This document shows, one piece after another, positions 20,033-33,365 of a stretch of DNA of 64,000 bases. The translations under genes were made by a program, and so were the position numbers. Where the stretch lies: the NCBI GenBank assembly GCA_002269645.1, contig NIVC01000921.1, forward strand, positions 310,001 through 374,000, in the 5' to 3' direction. Position 1 is the stretch's first letter, and every line of letters starts with the position of its first letter. This DNA is from Macrostomum lignano (taxonomy: Eukaryota). The notes under the pieces were generated by a model. It was not told the DNA's origin and made no database searches. It saw only the letters and a list, made by a program, of their open reading frames with translations.

Positions 20033-22669
20033 TGCTTCAGGCAAAAGTGCGCCAGCACGAGTGCGACTGCTTCGCTTGGCAACAACTGATCTTATCAACA
20101 ATATCTGAAGGTCTGTGAAGATCTGAAGAACAATGTCTGTTGCGCCCGTCTGTTCTGTTCTGAATCTTATTGCGAGTATAGAAATTTACGGATGTCTGAA
20201 ATTTCCTATTGCACATACTTCGGTACGCTCGCGTGGACTCGTGATTATTAAAGCGCCCGCGGTTAAGGAATCTTCTGCCAGCAATCCATTCACAACTGTT
20301 TATTATTCCAATGCTTTATCCCCTCCTTAACTCTTACACGCCGCGCATAAAACTGTTTCCTGCCTATGGAAAAATAAAAAATAAAATTATACCTAATCCG
20401 CTGCAAGGTGCAGCCGCTGCAATTGCATGTCGCATCAACCACGGGCGGGCTGCGAACAGCTTATAACATCTTAAACAGTTTTGTGATTAATTTTAGAGTC
20501 GCAACTCTGACCTTCTCTGGCAGTTGCTTTTCTAATGCAGCAGAGCGTAATTTTCAACTCGCTCAGGTCATACATGTACATGCAGTGATGTAGACTACAG
20601 AAAAGTCCTTGAAAGTGACGCAAGCCAATTACTCCAGGGGACGACAGAGTAGCCCAGCAGTTAAGGCGTCTTACTCACTCGCCAAAGTACTTTGAAGTAT
20701 ATCCAGATTCGATTTTGTGCCAATTATGTGCGTCTTTACGCAGAGCGCAGATCGCCTATTCGCGTGTCGTATTTGCAGAAAAATTGACGAGGGGCTTGTA
20801 TTGCAAGTCACGCCTATTAGGGCCAAAACCCCGAGCAGTAAAAGGCAAAAAGCGCGCACAAGTAGTGTGACCATGGTGCTCAATGGTCAGGCGAATGGGC
20901 CTGACTGTCTACCTCCTGGTTGGCTGTGGGTCGACTGTCGCCTTGATTTGCGGCAGCGCCCACAGCCCCACCGCGAACTAAGACTCTCGGCAAGACGCGG
21001 ATGACCTGCTGGCTCTGCTTTCGAGACCAGCCGAAGAGCCTGACGCCTGCAGGCAGGACAACCTGCCGGCTGCAGCAGCTGTAGTCTGGCTGTCTGTCAA
21101 TACCAACAAGAAGACGACGTTGCTGACGGTTACTGGCAAACCTCGGTGTCGATGCGTGTGGGGAGGTTGGCCTTCATGCTGCCTCGCTGCACGAAGTTTG
21201 CGCACGTACATTACCTCTCGCTGGTCTTGTGCCAGATGAGGTCGCTTTCGATCAAAACCCCAGAAAGTTCACGTCGAAAGAAGAAAACTTCACAACACTC
21301 ACAGCGCCGAAATTTCACAACGCCAAAGAACATGAGCCGACCGACAGATAATTAACACCAGAAACTTGAAATGCAGCATCTTTTACGAGTCTATTAAAAT
21401 ATTATGTCGGTGTTGCTGTGTATAAAATTTCTATATTTTAGACGTAGAGAGCGATTGCTAATTAGCTTATTATAATTACGCTTAGATGGATGCAAATAGC
21501 CGTCTTGTAGGCAACTATACTATGCTAGCCTAAGTTGGACAGGATAAATAAAGCATGCACATTATAATAATTCGGGCTTTTGAATTTCGGTCTTGATGTG
21601 ATACATAACAGTATGTACGAGCGTATAATGTTTGCGAAATATTTTACAGGTATTTTCGGTGTTGCGAAATTTCGGCCTTGTGGTCTTATAAGAGAGACCC
21701 ACGGGTTATTCTGCTTGATTAATTCTGCGCATTTGGGTACAAATAATCTTTCGCCAGGGCTGTAATATTTTGTCGTTAGGCCCCTAAAATGCAAAAGAGT
21801 ATCAGAAAGAGTATCTAGTGCGTTAGTTTATATGGGTAAACTCTCAATCCGACCTAAGCGAACCTACAATACAGTCTAAAATCACCGCACATTTTCTTTG
21901 GTTGCAGTTAAGGAAACCTTAGGCCTAATCGCCTCCCATGGAGGGCGCTTGCTAAGGAAGCCTCCCACCAGTTCCGTAAAATTTTCAAACTTAATTGGGC
22001 GCGAATTTGAAGGAAAGTGATTTTAAAACGTGGCCGCTGGCCAGCGCGCCCGCATAGAAAATTGAAGCCATATTCCTAGTTTAAAATCACTCTATTCTTC
22101 CATGTTAGCCAGCCAATCAGGTAAGTCGGAAGACGTTCCTAGTTTAAGTAGGAAGACGGAAGAATTGTTTAATTTAATGAGCGTCGCGAAAATTTAGGAG
22201 TTACGTCCGAATTTATCTACTGCGGTTAGTAGTGCGCAAAGTTTTTTGCAGTAGTAGTAAATGTGGAATTTCATATTTAGAAACCCTGACGCCAAATCTC
22301 AGCCGTTTTTTGCCCGCCGTAGCAATGCTAGCTCTCACACTATTAAATTTAACAAAAGTATAACTCTTATCACGGATACGAGTCTGTTTAATGACAAAAA
22401 CTTAGAATTTTTTCTTAATTTTTATACGGTCTCCAATCTTGATTATTTCTTTATTTAATTTTAACCATAACGCAAGAAAAATGAACAGTGATCAGTTGGA
22501 GATGCGCGTGGGAAAGAGCGAATGCGTGAATGTATTCACAATATGTCTATAAGTAGAAACTGAAGAAAATAAGAAATAAAAAAGCAGTGTGTTTTGGGAA
22601 TCGCATTTATATCCAAAAAATTTTATGTTATAAGTTTTTTTTGTAAATGAATGCAGTTAGCTGACACAC

Positions 22670-23892
22670 TTAGCTTCTAGGGGGCGAGCAGCTCGTCGAG
22701 TAAATCGCCGCGGACAGCTAGAGTCTTCGCCATTTCAAGCTGGGCCTCAGTACTGGCGGAGGATTGTCGATTAATAGCGTACACAGGAAATACATTGAAA
22801 AATCGGCCTCCAATGAAATTTTCACCAATTCTGAGTCTTGCGTCCTTCTACTTAAGTAGTCCTTGCATATAGAAGCCGGAGTCGCATGCAAGAGCATCAC
22901 GACCTGAAATATGATAATAAACAGCAAATATAAATGTGCCGTTGAAGTTTAACTTTTATAAATGGCGAACCTTTAGTGCGCTTTTATTATTATACAATTG
23001 CAAAAACTAAAACTTCAAATTATGATAATCATTTCTTTATATTTGCAAGGAAGTGACAGACATTGTTAATTAAGTTTGAAAAAATCTGGAAAATGCCTTT
23101 TTCGTAGAAAGTGATAAGGCTCCATACCTATTAGTTCGATTAGCTGTAGCAGCTCCTTAGTAACAGGCTTGGTGGCTGCCGTAGCATCGAGCGCAGCAGC
23201 ATTAGCCTGAATGGCGATGTCGAGTCACCGTTTGTTTATTGTTACGGCCGGGAGCTCCTCAACCAGATTACATGTACATGCCGCCTCATCGCCGTCCTGT
23301 CCAGTCGCGATGCCATTTTGCTCCTCCATCAACCTGTCCTGTGGTTCAGCCTCAGGCGTGTTTTCTTGTGTAGCCTGTCCAACCGTCCTACCACCGTGAC
23401 TCTGGGCGCTGCACAATTCGATCAACTTATCGAGCTTTTTGTTTTTCTGCTCCAGTCGCACGGTTGCCGATTGTCGGCGCCCCTAAAAAGTTAGGGAAAT
23501 TCATAAAACAAAACATAACACAAATACTGTACAGCTAATACCACATTTTCTAATCTATAGTTTTGCAAGCTAGCCACCTACTGTAACAAATAAGTGCCAG
23601 GCGCTGTCCAGCATATCATTCTCACCGTCTCTATTCCCATGATTAGGAGGCAGTTCCTGATCAGCGCAAAGGTAGGCAAAGCAGGGCCCATCAGAGTCCC
23701 GGGTTGTAAACTGCTCGAAGAGCGTCCAGCTACAGCTACATGTACTTTCCTCCCGTAGCATAGACGTAGAGGAGCCTCTTCTTTGCTCGCTGCAGTAATA
23801 ACGCACAAGTCCTGTTCATTGACGGCTTGCATCGCATTCTGAGCAAAGCGAACTACAAACCATTTGTTTAATTGATGCTCCATGTGCAACCT
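22670..23892 (-). pseudogene. Decayed three-exon gene (coiled coil plus possible BEN-like C-terminus), possibly a transposon accessory gene
   Basis: Acceptors TTATTTCAG| (about 23892), CTAACTTTTTAG| (about 23483) and ATATTTCAG| (22903). The phase-1 donor at 23128 joins in frame to 22903 (KELLQLIELI-GRDALA). Coiled-coil-like RLEQKNKKLDKLIELC. In-frame stops in exons 2 and 3. The BEN assignment is only my pattern impression. Confidence 0.4.
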
Positions 23893-25376
23893 GAAATAAC
23901 TGCAAGGACAGTGAAAGTAAAATTAGTCATATTTTTCGATGGTAGGCCTACTGCACTATTTTTGTGAAGCACATTTTTTATTAACTTTTGTGTTTCTTCT
24001 ACCAACTTTGGCAGTTTTACAACTTTACAGTTAGTACTTTTTAAACTTTCTACTTATTCCAGACAAATATACCTATATTATTCAAGAATATTTTACTCTG
24101 ACGGCTTCTACATGCCCAACAGCTTATACATTGCTTTTTATCTGACATGATATAGCTAGAAGTCACTAATCACAATTAAAAAATATTTTATGAAAAATAA
24201 CAAGGACAAAATACTACTAAGGATAAAAATCAAATGATGGGAGCTCAAAGTGAAAATGCAAGTGCATGCAAAAAGGTTATTTTTGTGATTTAATGATTTA
24301 AAGTTATTTATTGATTTATAATGTGATTCAATACTGAATTCTAAATGCCTTAAAAGGAATTTTCATTGATAAGCAGGATTTTGAGTGACTATAAGACTGT
24401 GAATCATTTTATTTGTTTATTTCAAATATGTACAAAAATTATCTCTTTAAAATGAAGCTACCTAAAAGCTGAGATAGTTCTTACATTAAAAAAACTACAT
24501 GTTTTAGCTGCTAAAATTGAGGATAGAAGAACAAAAAATTATGCTTCTTTATGGAGATTTCTAACTTTATTTTTTATTAGTACAATGCAATTAATATTTT
24601 GCTAAAATATATATTAGTATAATTGTAAAACATAATTCGTGTTCAATGTGTCTTTTACTGTGAAAGTTTCAAGACAGAATTTAAAAGATATTCTTTAGTA
24701 AAATTATATAAAAATATCTATTATTTATAAATAGCAAGACACACAAACCAAGGACTAAACAGTAACTAGTAGTATAGTTGCACACCTATCGCTTAGATCT
24801 TTAATTATTTTGGTTATTAATACCCTTTAAATAGTAGAAATGAACAAAAGAAAGCTAATTTCGAGATTGAGGCAAAAACTGAGAATGCACACTTCCATGT
24901 TGCTAGCCGTGTCTCAGCCGCGTCAAAATTTTAAACTCATGCCCCAGATGCGGCTGTAGTAAAATCTTATAGATTATGGTCTGAAAGTTATGTCCCTAAA
25001 GATTGCGCGCGATAATTCGATAGTTCATTTATGTACAAGTGAATGCGCACGCTTGTAAAATAAAGATGTATTGAGCAGCGCGCGATAACATTCAAATCTA
25101 TTACTTCTCATGCTGCGTTTCATTTATGTGTGTACAGAAGTTCAGCTTAATATTTTAACTTTAAACTTTGAAATTTATTTACAGTTAGCTAAGTTCAACA
25201 GTCATTTTGAAACTTTTTTGATCCGTACTTTGTTAAAGTGCAATAAATTCAAACGTCAGTTTAACTTGGAAGCGATCTTAACTCTCATTCCTAGATAAAC
25301 CTTGAATATTCAAAGTTTAACTTGGAATTTAACCAGGAATTGGCTTGAATTTTTTAAGCGGGCGCGCGGTCAGTAC

Positions 25377-27547
25377 CACAGATACTATAAACACTAGATA
25401 GGCCACTCCAGCTAATTTTCACAACACGACAGTTTACTCTACTTTCTGCTTAGTAGTAGTAAAAACATTTTAGCGTTATTTATATTTTTTAAAAATAAAA
25501 AAAAACAGATGAATGCAATGCAGCAATTGTATTGATTTTTTTGCAAAAAGAAACTTATAATTATACTTTCCACAATTCAAAGCAACATTGTGAATGCTTT
25601 AGATTGCATAGAAGGCTATATTATTGCAGTCAACTATTGTATATTTAGCAAATACGAGCTATATCATATACTCCATAATCCATATTCGTGTAGCAAAATA
25701 GAAAGATTTCTCATCTTAATCAGCTCATCTGTTTGTGAAACTCGCAGCGTGCTGTTGAAGAACAGGGTCGCCAGTCGCCCTTGTTCAGAGGCAGCATTCA
25801 GAACGGCCCAACAGATGAAAAAAACTGGCGAATGCGCCACTTCAAGGTCCAGGGATGTATCCGATGGAGAGCCAATCCTCAGTGGTTTCGTAACAGGCAG
25901 CCGATAAGCAGCAGGACTTTTGTGGTGCAGCTGCAATGAGCTGCTGATGAGATGACATCCTTTGACCAGAGCACCCCTGACTGCGAGCGCCCTGCCGCCC
26001 AGTCGACCGCTGGAAGCTGCGCTAGCCACGCCTCCACAGTCCATGGATGCACGACTGCGCTGCACTTGCCTTGACCATCGAATGTTGCCGCTGCAGCCGC
26101 TTGATTTGCCTGTCGCTTTCGGAATTGCCGCTGCAGCCGCTTGATTTGCCTGTCGTTTTCGGGATTGCCGCTGCAGCCGCTTGATTTGCCTGTCGCTTTC
26201 GGGATTGCCGCTGCAGCCGCTTGATTTGCCTGTCGCTTTCGGGATTGCCGCTGCAGCCGCTTGATTTGCCTGTCGCTTTCGGGATTGCCGCTGCAGCCGC
26301 TTGATTTGCCTGTCGCTTTCGGGATTGCCGCTGCAGCCGCTTGATTTGCCTGTCGCTTTCGGGATTGCCGCTGCAGCCGCTTGATTTGCCTGTCGCTTTC
26401 GGGATTGCCGCTGCAGCCGCTTGATTCGCCTGTCACTTTCGGCCTCGGGATCGTTGCTGCAGCCGCTTGATCGTTGCCTCTAGCGCTTGGAACCCGCGAA
26501 TCGGCTGCAGAGGTGAGAGCTTTCAGCCGCAACAGCTGTTCTCGGCGCAGAATCTGGTAGCCGAAGGTTGCTCTGCCACAGCACTGGCAGCAGGCAAGTC
26601 GCAGGCTCGGCTGCAGATAGATTGCTAATTGGCCCCAGCACTGGAGGGTACATGTCGTCTGCCTCTTCATCGTTTATCAGTCCTTTGCACAGAGGGTAGC
26701 TGGTCTATTTGAACGAGCCGAGGCAGCATCAACTCTTGGTGTGGGATTGCGTCCCAGCGAAAACAGATGTCTTGCACATCCGTGGCACTTTGTAAGGCAG
26801 CAGTAGGCCTCGTCCATAAAGTGCAAGCTGAACACACGGAGGCCCCGTGATTTAATTGTTTATAAAGGTCAATATCCACGCTCCTGCAGTAGCTGCTGCC
26901 AGCGCTTCGCCAGTGTCATCTTTTGGTAATTTATGCATTCGCAACGGATTTTTCTTTCTCGGATGTTAATAGCACTAGTACAAAGCTCGTGCAAGTGGGA
27001 GCACAGCAGTGGTTCGAATCAAAACATTTCTCGAGTACAAGATTAGATAGAAAAGCTAGTATGCACTCGAACTTTCTTTAACTCTGACTCTTGTCCTGTT
27101 CATCTATATAAGCTTGTATTTAAGCACGATTCGCCACCCCCAAATTTTCTAACCCACAACCTCTCAACCCCCACCCCTAACCCAGGCTAGCTATGTGCAG
27201 TCCTTTATTTTCTATCCCACCACCAGTGGGCCTAAATTATCGATCCACTCACCCTGCCTTATACGAAACTGATATTAACCCTATTCCAGACTACCCCCCT
27301 TCCTCCACTTTGAAAGATAGCGGCATTGCACACTGTCTGTCGCGTCTTAATGTACACCATTACTGCACAAAACAAGTTAGTTGTTTATGGCGTTAGCAAA
27401 ACGATGTCTTAAAAACAGTCACTCGATTTGTCTAATTTAGCAAATAATACTGTTGCTTCCTTTCATTGCTACTAAGCAGAAAGTAGAATAAAAAACTTGC
27501 CCAGAAAATTAGCCTGAGTGGCCTATCTAGTGTTTATAGTATCTGTG
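25377..27547. mobile_element. 2171-bp non-autonomous DNA transposon, P-element-like or hAT
   Basis: Perfect 32-bp TIR CACAGATACTATAAACACTAGATAGGCCACTC (25377-25408 / 27516-27547), imperfectly extending to about 80 bp. 8-bp TSD GTCAGTAC (25369-25376 / 27548-27555). No transposase ORF inside. Confidence 0.9.
26085..26470. repeat. 40-bp tandem repeat (TTGCCGCTGCAGCCGCTTGATTTGCCTGTCGCTTTCGGGA), about 9 units
   Basis: Exact 40-nt periodicity visible from 26161 to 26420. Confidence 0.97.
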
Positions 27548-30500
27548 GTCAGTACCAGCTCAGCTCAGCTCAGAATCCATTATTAATTTATTATCATTGC
27601 TCAAACTGAAATTTAGGGCTTCATGACTAGAATTTAAACACGTTTTGTTATAGTATAATAAATATTTACTTTATAACCTTAGCTTACTTAATAGCAATGT
27701 CCTAAAATGTATTATAGCCTAATTAATTATAGAATATTGTAAATCACAATCACTAGGCGTAGCTAGGCCCCCAGCAGTTATGGGAGATGGCAGGGAAGAG
27801 GTAGCTGCCCTTGCTTTTGTTTTTAAAATTGATGTATTTTTTCAAAATCTATTCCTGAGCCTATTTTAGGTTAGTTAGGCCTTTCATTTTGAAAACTATT
27901 TATTTTTTGTATATTATATTAGGCAGGGCCCTACTAGGGGGGCCTAACCCCGAGGCTAGGTCCCAAGTCTAACTTATGTCTAAAGTTTTTAATCTTTTTT
28001 ATAGTTGTAATTTTTTATTTTTGTTTTAGATTTGTGATTTAATAGGCCCAGGGCTTAATTTTACTTGCATGGGTAAAAATACCATATTTTTAAAAAAATT
28101 GATCAAGTACTAAAAATTACTTTTGTATTGTTAATTGTATTGTAATTAATATTGACTTTTATTACAAAGCCAATGCCATGTTTTCAATGTTGTCCTTGTC
28201 ATAGGGTTTGCTTTCCTCTTTATTTATGAATCTTTAAGTCACTAAGTTGTAGGCCCTTCAAGTACTAGGGTTGACTAAAATTTCAAATCCCATTAAATGC
28301 TACTAATATTATGGTAATGTTTTAATTTCTTCTCTTTATTCAGGCCTAGGCCTACTTATCCTTGCTATAATATTTATATTTATGTTACAAGGGTCTTGGG
28401 GAAGGGAAGTTTTCCTATTGCTGACACCAAATCTATTGTGGGGGAATTTATGGGATTCTTGGGATTTCTGAAAGATATGCTAGTTTTATTAGTAATAGGA
28501 GTAAGCCAATGGTTGCTCCTAGTGGCGTGAGTGTCCGAGCGGCAAGACACTGTCTATATATCTCTATTCAGTCCGAGTATTTAGAGGGGGGGGGAGTAAG
28601 GGCTTCGCGGTGGACTTGAGTTGCCTGAGGAAATTAGCGCACTGGGGAACTCTAATATTCAGCGGGGAATGCCTGGCATCAGGGGGTATCTAGATAGGGA
28701 ATTAAGAAGGCAATATACCTAATCCAGGAATGAAGGGAGGCTAGGATTTTAGCCTTAGTAAGGAGGCAATATGCCTGATGCGGGAAGTAGATAGATAACT
28801 TAGGCAATAGGCCTAGTGGGATAAGGAGGCAATATGCCTGATGTGGGAGTTAAAGCCAGGGCAAACAGGGAGTCTGGTTGGGGAGTTGGCTGATCGCCGG
28901 ATCAACTGAGGGGTCTGGGAGTAGGGAGAGGCTGTATGCCTATTCAGCTTGGGAGGAAGGGGGGGGTTGCAATTCGCCAGAAAGGGAAGGGGTTGTACGC
29001 TCTCGAGAGAGGAGTATAGGGGTAAAGGGGTGACTGTTTGCCTTTAAAGAACTGAGTCTGACTCAATAGCTATTTTTAGAACAAGGCGGCACTAAGGCCT
29101 AATAGCTAGAAGGCAGTAAGTCAGATCGCCAGGATGCAGGCAAGTAGCTCCTCTATCCATATATTTAGCTTCTTTATATAGCAAAAATAATAAAAATGGT
29201 GGACAATTATAAACAAATATTACGTCTCGAAATGGTTAGAAGATTGTCAGTTAGCAAAATAGGAACTTATTAGTGCAAATATATATATACTCAGCATCAT
29301 ACTATTATTAGAACTATTTTTAAGAACATTTCAAATGTTAAAAACAAGCTATAGAAGGAATAGGCCAAATATATAAACTTTATTGAGGCACACAGAACAT
29401 ACTAAACAAATCAACTGTCTCATTTACTACTATAGTTAGAGTAGGCCTAGTAGCTAGTACTGGTAGCCATAGTTTGGAAATTGACACATTAGTATTTCTT
29501 AGCATACAACAAAGTGAAAGGTACTTGCCATTTTTTAATGTATATCAGTGTATATCCCAATGTATATGACATAGTCATAGGCTAGCAGAAATATTTTATA
29601 TCAATCCACACTCTAGATCATTTGTATATGCCCAAATATTTGGGCGTGTATTGGCCTTGCACACTAAAATTAGGCATGCACAGTTGGCATGTATCACTTC
29701 TAAGAAAATAGTTGTCCTTGTGTGCACACCTAGTGTGCACTTTGTAGAAGCACACATTAGAGCTAGCATCAGGGGGGTTGCGCATGTATGTTTATGGTCA
29801 TGTGGAAAATTTTTTAGTTAAATTACAATTTAATGAATAGTTAAAAATTACCTAAAGTATGCTACCATGACAAGAACTATTAGAAGTTACCATTGTATCA
29901 ATGTATTTATTAATAACATATTTCTTTATTTTTTTAATATTACCACCTTAGTATTTGCACTGCAAGTTTGTTACTTCATTTAGATGGTATTTGTTTTAAG
30001 TGTTGACCATAAAAATAACTGTCTCACTAATTTATATAGTCACCATAACGATAACAACTGCCTTTTATTTGCAACCTATATATTTATAAGGTATCTTGTA
30101 GGAATAAGATAAGTACAAAAAAATTAATTGAATATAAAATATTGTAAAATTTTAGGTCTAGGCATGATTTATAATCATGAAAAATATAAAAATGCCAATG
30201 CAACATAATAAAATGCTATAAACATAGTAAGTGTTTATAAATATATAGAAAATGTATAAACATTTTTAGAAAAATATATTTTCTACATTTATTTAACCAA
30301 TTTCTGTTTTATTATATTTTTTAGCTTTTATCCTTTATCTATTAATAAGAAAAAATCAAATATAACTAAAGTTGCTGAAACTTTTTAGTGCCAATAACTC
30401 ACATTAGTAATCATGCTAAACTGCTCAAAAATTTATAATATACACAAGCCTCATGGCTAGTATGTGTAAGCATTTGGTATGCACACTATTAGCTAATAAT

Positions 30501-30754
30501 ACAAGGGCTATCCAAAAAGTAGTGTTACTTTTCACTATGTCTCTTGTTTTGCTAATCCAAATAACATCATTTTGCTCAGATTTATAGTAGCAACTAGCAA
30601 TCTTCGCCCCCATTGGGGGACATCTGGATAGAATCCTTGTTCTTTACAAATAACAAATAGACAGCGAAATAAAGCCTTCAAAAAACAACAAAATACATTC
30701 CCTCTAAAAACAAAACATCCCAAGACAGCAAGCATCCTCAGACAGCATTCAAGC

Positions 30755-31335
30755 ATCGATCCCCAAATAGCAAGCATCCCCCAGACTGCAAGCATTCCCC
30801 AGGTAGCAAGCAACCCAAGATAGCAAGCATCCCCAGATAGCAAGCATTCCCCCAGACCCCAGATAGTAAGCATCCCGTAGACAGCAAGCATCCCCCAGAT
30901 AGCAAGCATCCCCCAGATAGCAAGCATCCCCCCGATAGCAAGCATCCCCCCGATAGCAAGCATCCCCCCGATAGCAAGCAACCCCAGATAGCAAGCATCC
31001 CCAGATAGCAAGCATTCCCCCGGACCCCAGATAGTAAACATCCCCCAGACAGCAAGCATCCCGCAGATAGCAAGCATCTCCCAGATAGCAAGCATCCCCC
31101 CGATAGCAAGCAACGCCAGATAGCAAGCATCCCGCAGATAGCAAGCATTCCCCAGATCGCAAGCATCCCCCAGACAGCAAGCAACCCCTGATAGCAAGCA
31201 TAACCTCGATACAAAGATACCTTATAGATATCTAGCAACCCCCTCTCAGATAGCAAATACCCTCCACCCACAAGAGCAAGCATCCCCCTGTAAGCAAGTA
31301 TCCATCCTTAAATAGCAAGCATCCACCAGAGAACA
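30755..31335. repeat. About 18-19-bp minisatellite (CCCCCAGATAGCAAGCAT)
   Basis: Recurrent GATAGCAAGCATCCCC units. Confidence 0.95.
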
Positions 31336-31429
31336 AGTAGCTAGTTCTTAGCTTTATAATGGTTCCATTTTGTTTGGCATGACACTTCTCTTATGTTTGA
31401 AATGGGGTCTCTTTTTTGTTTAAAAAGGG

Positions 31430-32770
31430 GGCTCTTTAATGTTTGACATGGTAGCTCTTCTATGTTTGACGTGGTAGCTCTTTTGTGTTTGACATGATAG
31501 CTCTTTAATGTTTGACATGATAGCTCTTTAATGTTTGACATGGTGGCTCTTTTATGTTTGACATAATGGCTCTTTAATGTTTGACAAGGTGGCTGTTTTA
31601 TATTTGACATGGTGGCTCTTTAATGTTCGCCATGGTGGCTCTTTAATGTTTGACATGGTGGCCCTTTAATGTTCGACATGGTAGCTCTTTAATGTTTGAC
31701 ATGGTGGCTCTTTAATGTTCGCCATGGCGGCTCTGTTATGTTTCACATGAAGTCACGTATACGTTTGACATAGTGTCTCTTCTATGTTTGACATGGTGGC
31801 TATTTTGTGTTTGACATGATAGCTCTTTAATGTTTGACATGGTGGCTCTTTAATGTTTGACATGGAGTCACATATATTTTTGACATAATGGCTCTTTTAT
31901 GTTTGACATGGTGGCTATTTTGTGTTTGACATGGTGGCTCTTTTATGTTTGAGATGGTGGCTCTTTTATGTTCGCCAAGGTGGCTCTTTAATGTTTGACA
32001 TGGTGGCACTTTTATGTTTGACATGGTGGCTCTTTAATGTTCGCCATGGTGGCTCTTTAATGTTTGACATGGTGGCTCTTTAATGTTCGCCATGGTGGTT
32101 CTTCTATGTTTGACTTGGTGGCTCTTTTATGTTTGGCATGGTGGCATGGCTCTTTTATGTTTGAGATGGTGGCTTATTTATGTTCGCCAAGGTGGCTCTT
32201 TAATGTTTGACATGGTGGCTCTTTAATGTTCGCCATGGTGGCTCTTCTATGTTTGACTTGGTGGCTCTTTTATGTTTGGCATGGTGGCTTTTTTATGTTT
32301 GAGATGGTGGCTTATTTATGTTTGCCAAGGTGGCTCTTTAATGTTTGACATGGTGGCCCTTTTATGTTTGACATGATGGCTCTTTAATGTTTGACAAGGT
32401 GGCTCTTTTATATTTGACATGGTGGCTTTTTAATGTTCGACATGGTGGCTCTTTTATGTTTGACATGGTGGCTCTTTAATGTTCGACATGGCGGCTCTGT
32501 TATGTTTCACATGGAGTCACGTATACGTTTGACATAGTGTCTCTTCTATGTTTGACATGGTGGTTAATTTGTTTTTGACATGATATCTCTTTAATGTTTG
32601 ACATGGTGGCTCTTTTATGTTTGACATGGTGGCTCTTTATGTTTGAAATGGTGGCTCTTTTATGATTGACATGGTGGCTCTTTATGTTTGAAATGGTGGC
32701 TCTTTTATTTTTGAAATGGTGGCTATTCAATGTTTGACATGGTGCCAATTTTATGTTTGACATTGCGCTT
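31430..32770. repeat. 23-24-bp minisatellite (TGTTTGACATGGTGGCTCTTTAA)
   Basis: About 1.3 kb of diverged units with higher-order subpatterns. Confidence 0.95.
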
Positions 32771-33365
32771 CTTTTATGTTAAACATTTTGTGTTTTAAAG
32801 TGTTTTAATAAAAAAATTATTTTGCACTACTAAGATTCGAACTCAGGTCGCTACATTAGCACTCCAGTCTGTTAGCATCTAGGCTATCTCTTTTTAATTG
32901 GAGAACATGAATTGTGGCCATTATAATTCAATTCTTACAGCAAGTCAATTGAAGTAAAAAGTTATGACATAATCAATTTCTCAGTCAGCCAGTATCAGTC
33001 TCAATTTGAGTTAGCAATATGGTTACACAATTTAAATCAAGTCGTGTGTGCATTTCTTCAGCACTGTTTTGAACTTGTTGTGATGCAATCTTTATCACAA
33101 TCGGAATTCAGTCAGTCAGTTTTTTCTCTAGCATTCTTACAATGCATTTCAAGTCGAAAATTTGGCTTGACCTTTGCAAAAAAGCATGTTTTTCGAATAT
33201 TTAATCCCTTTAACATTGAGCAATTTCTTAGCCAAGATGCATGTACCGTCCATGGAAAATTTCTGATCGAATGGTGCAAGTTTGAAGAAAATCGGTTGAG
33301 CCAATTTTTCTAAAATCTATCGCATAGCTAGTTAGTTACAGACATTTCATTTTTAGTATATACGA

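Noticed and set aside
21000-21350. hAT C-terminal dimerisation domain remnant (…DGYWQTSVSMR…KVHVERRKLHN…)
   Set aside because: The resemblance needs several assumed frameshifts and lacks the SxxxERxFS motif. It cannot be supported without a profile search.
28700-28860. Three copies of AGGCAATATGCCTGAT-like words about 60 bp apart in a purine-rich tract
   Set aside because: Too degenerate to define a unit or element boundaries.
30535-32763. ORFs such as MLAIWGMLAI... and MSNIKEPPCQTLKSHH...
   Set aside because: Products of the 18-19-bp and 23-24-bp tandem repeats.
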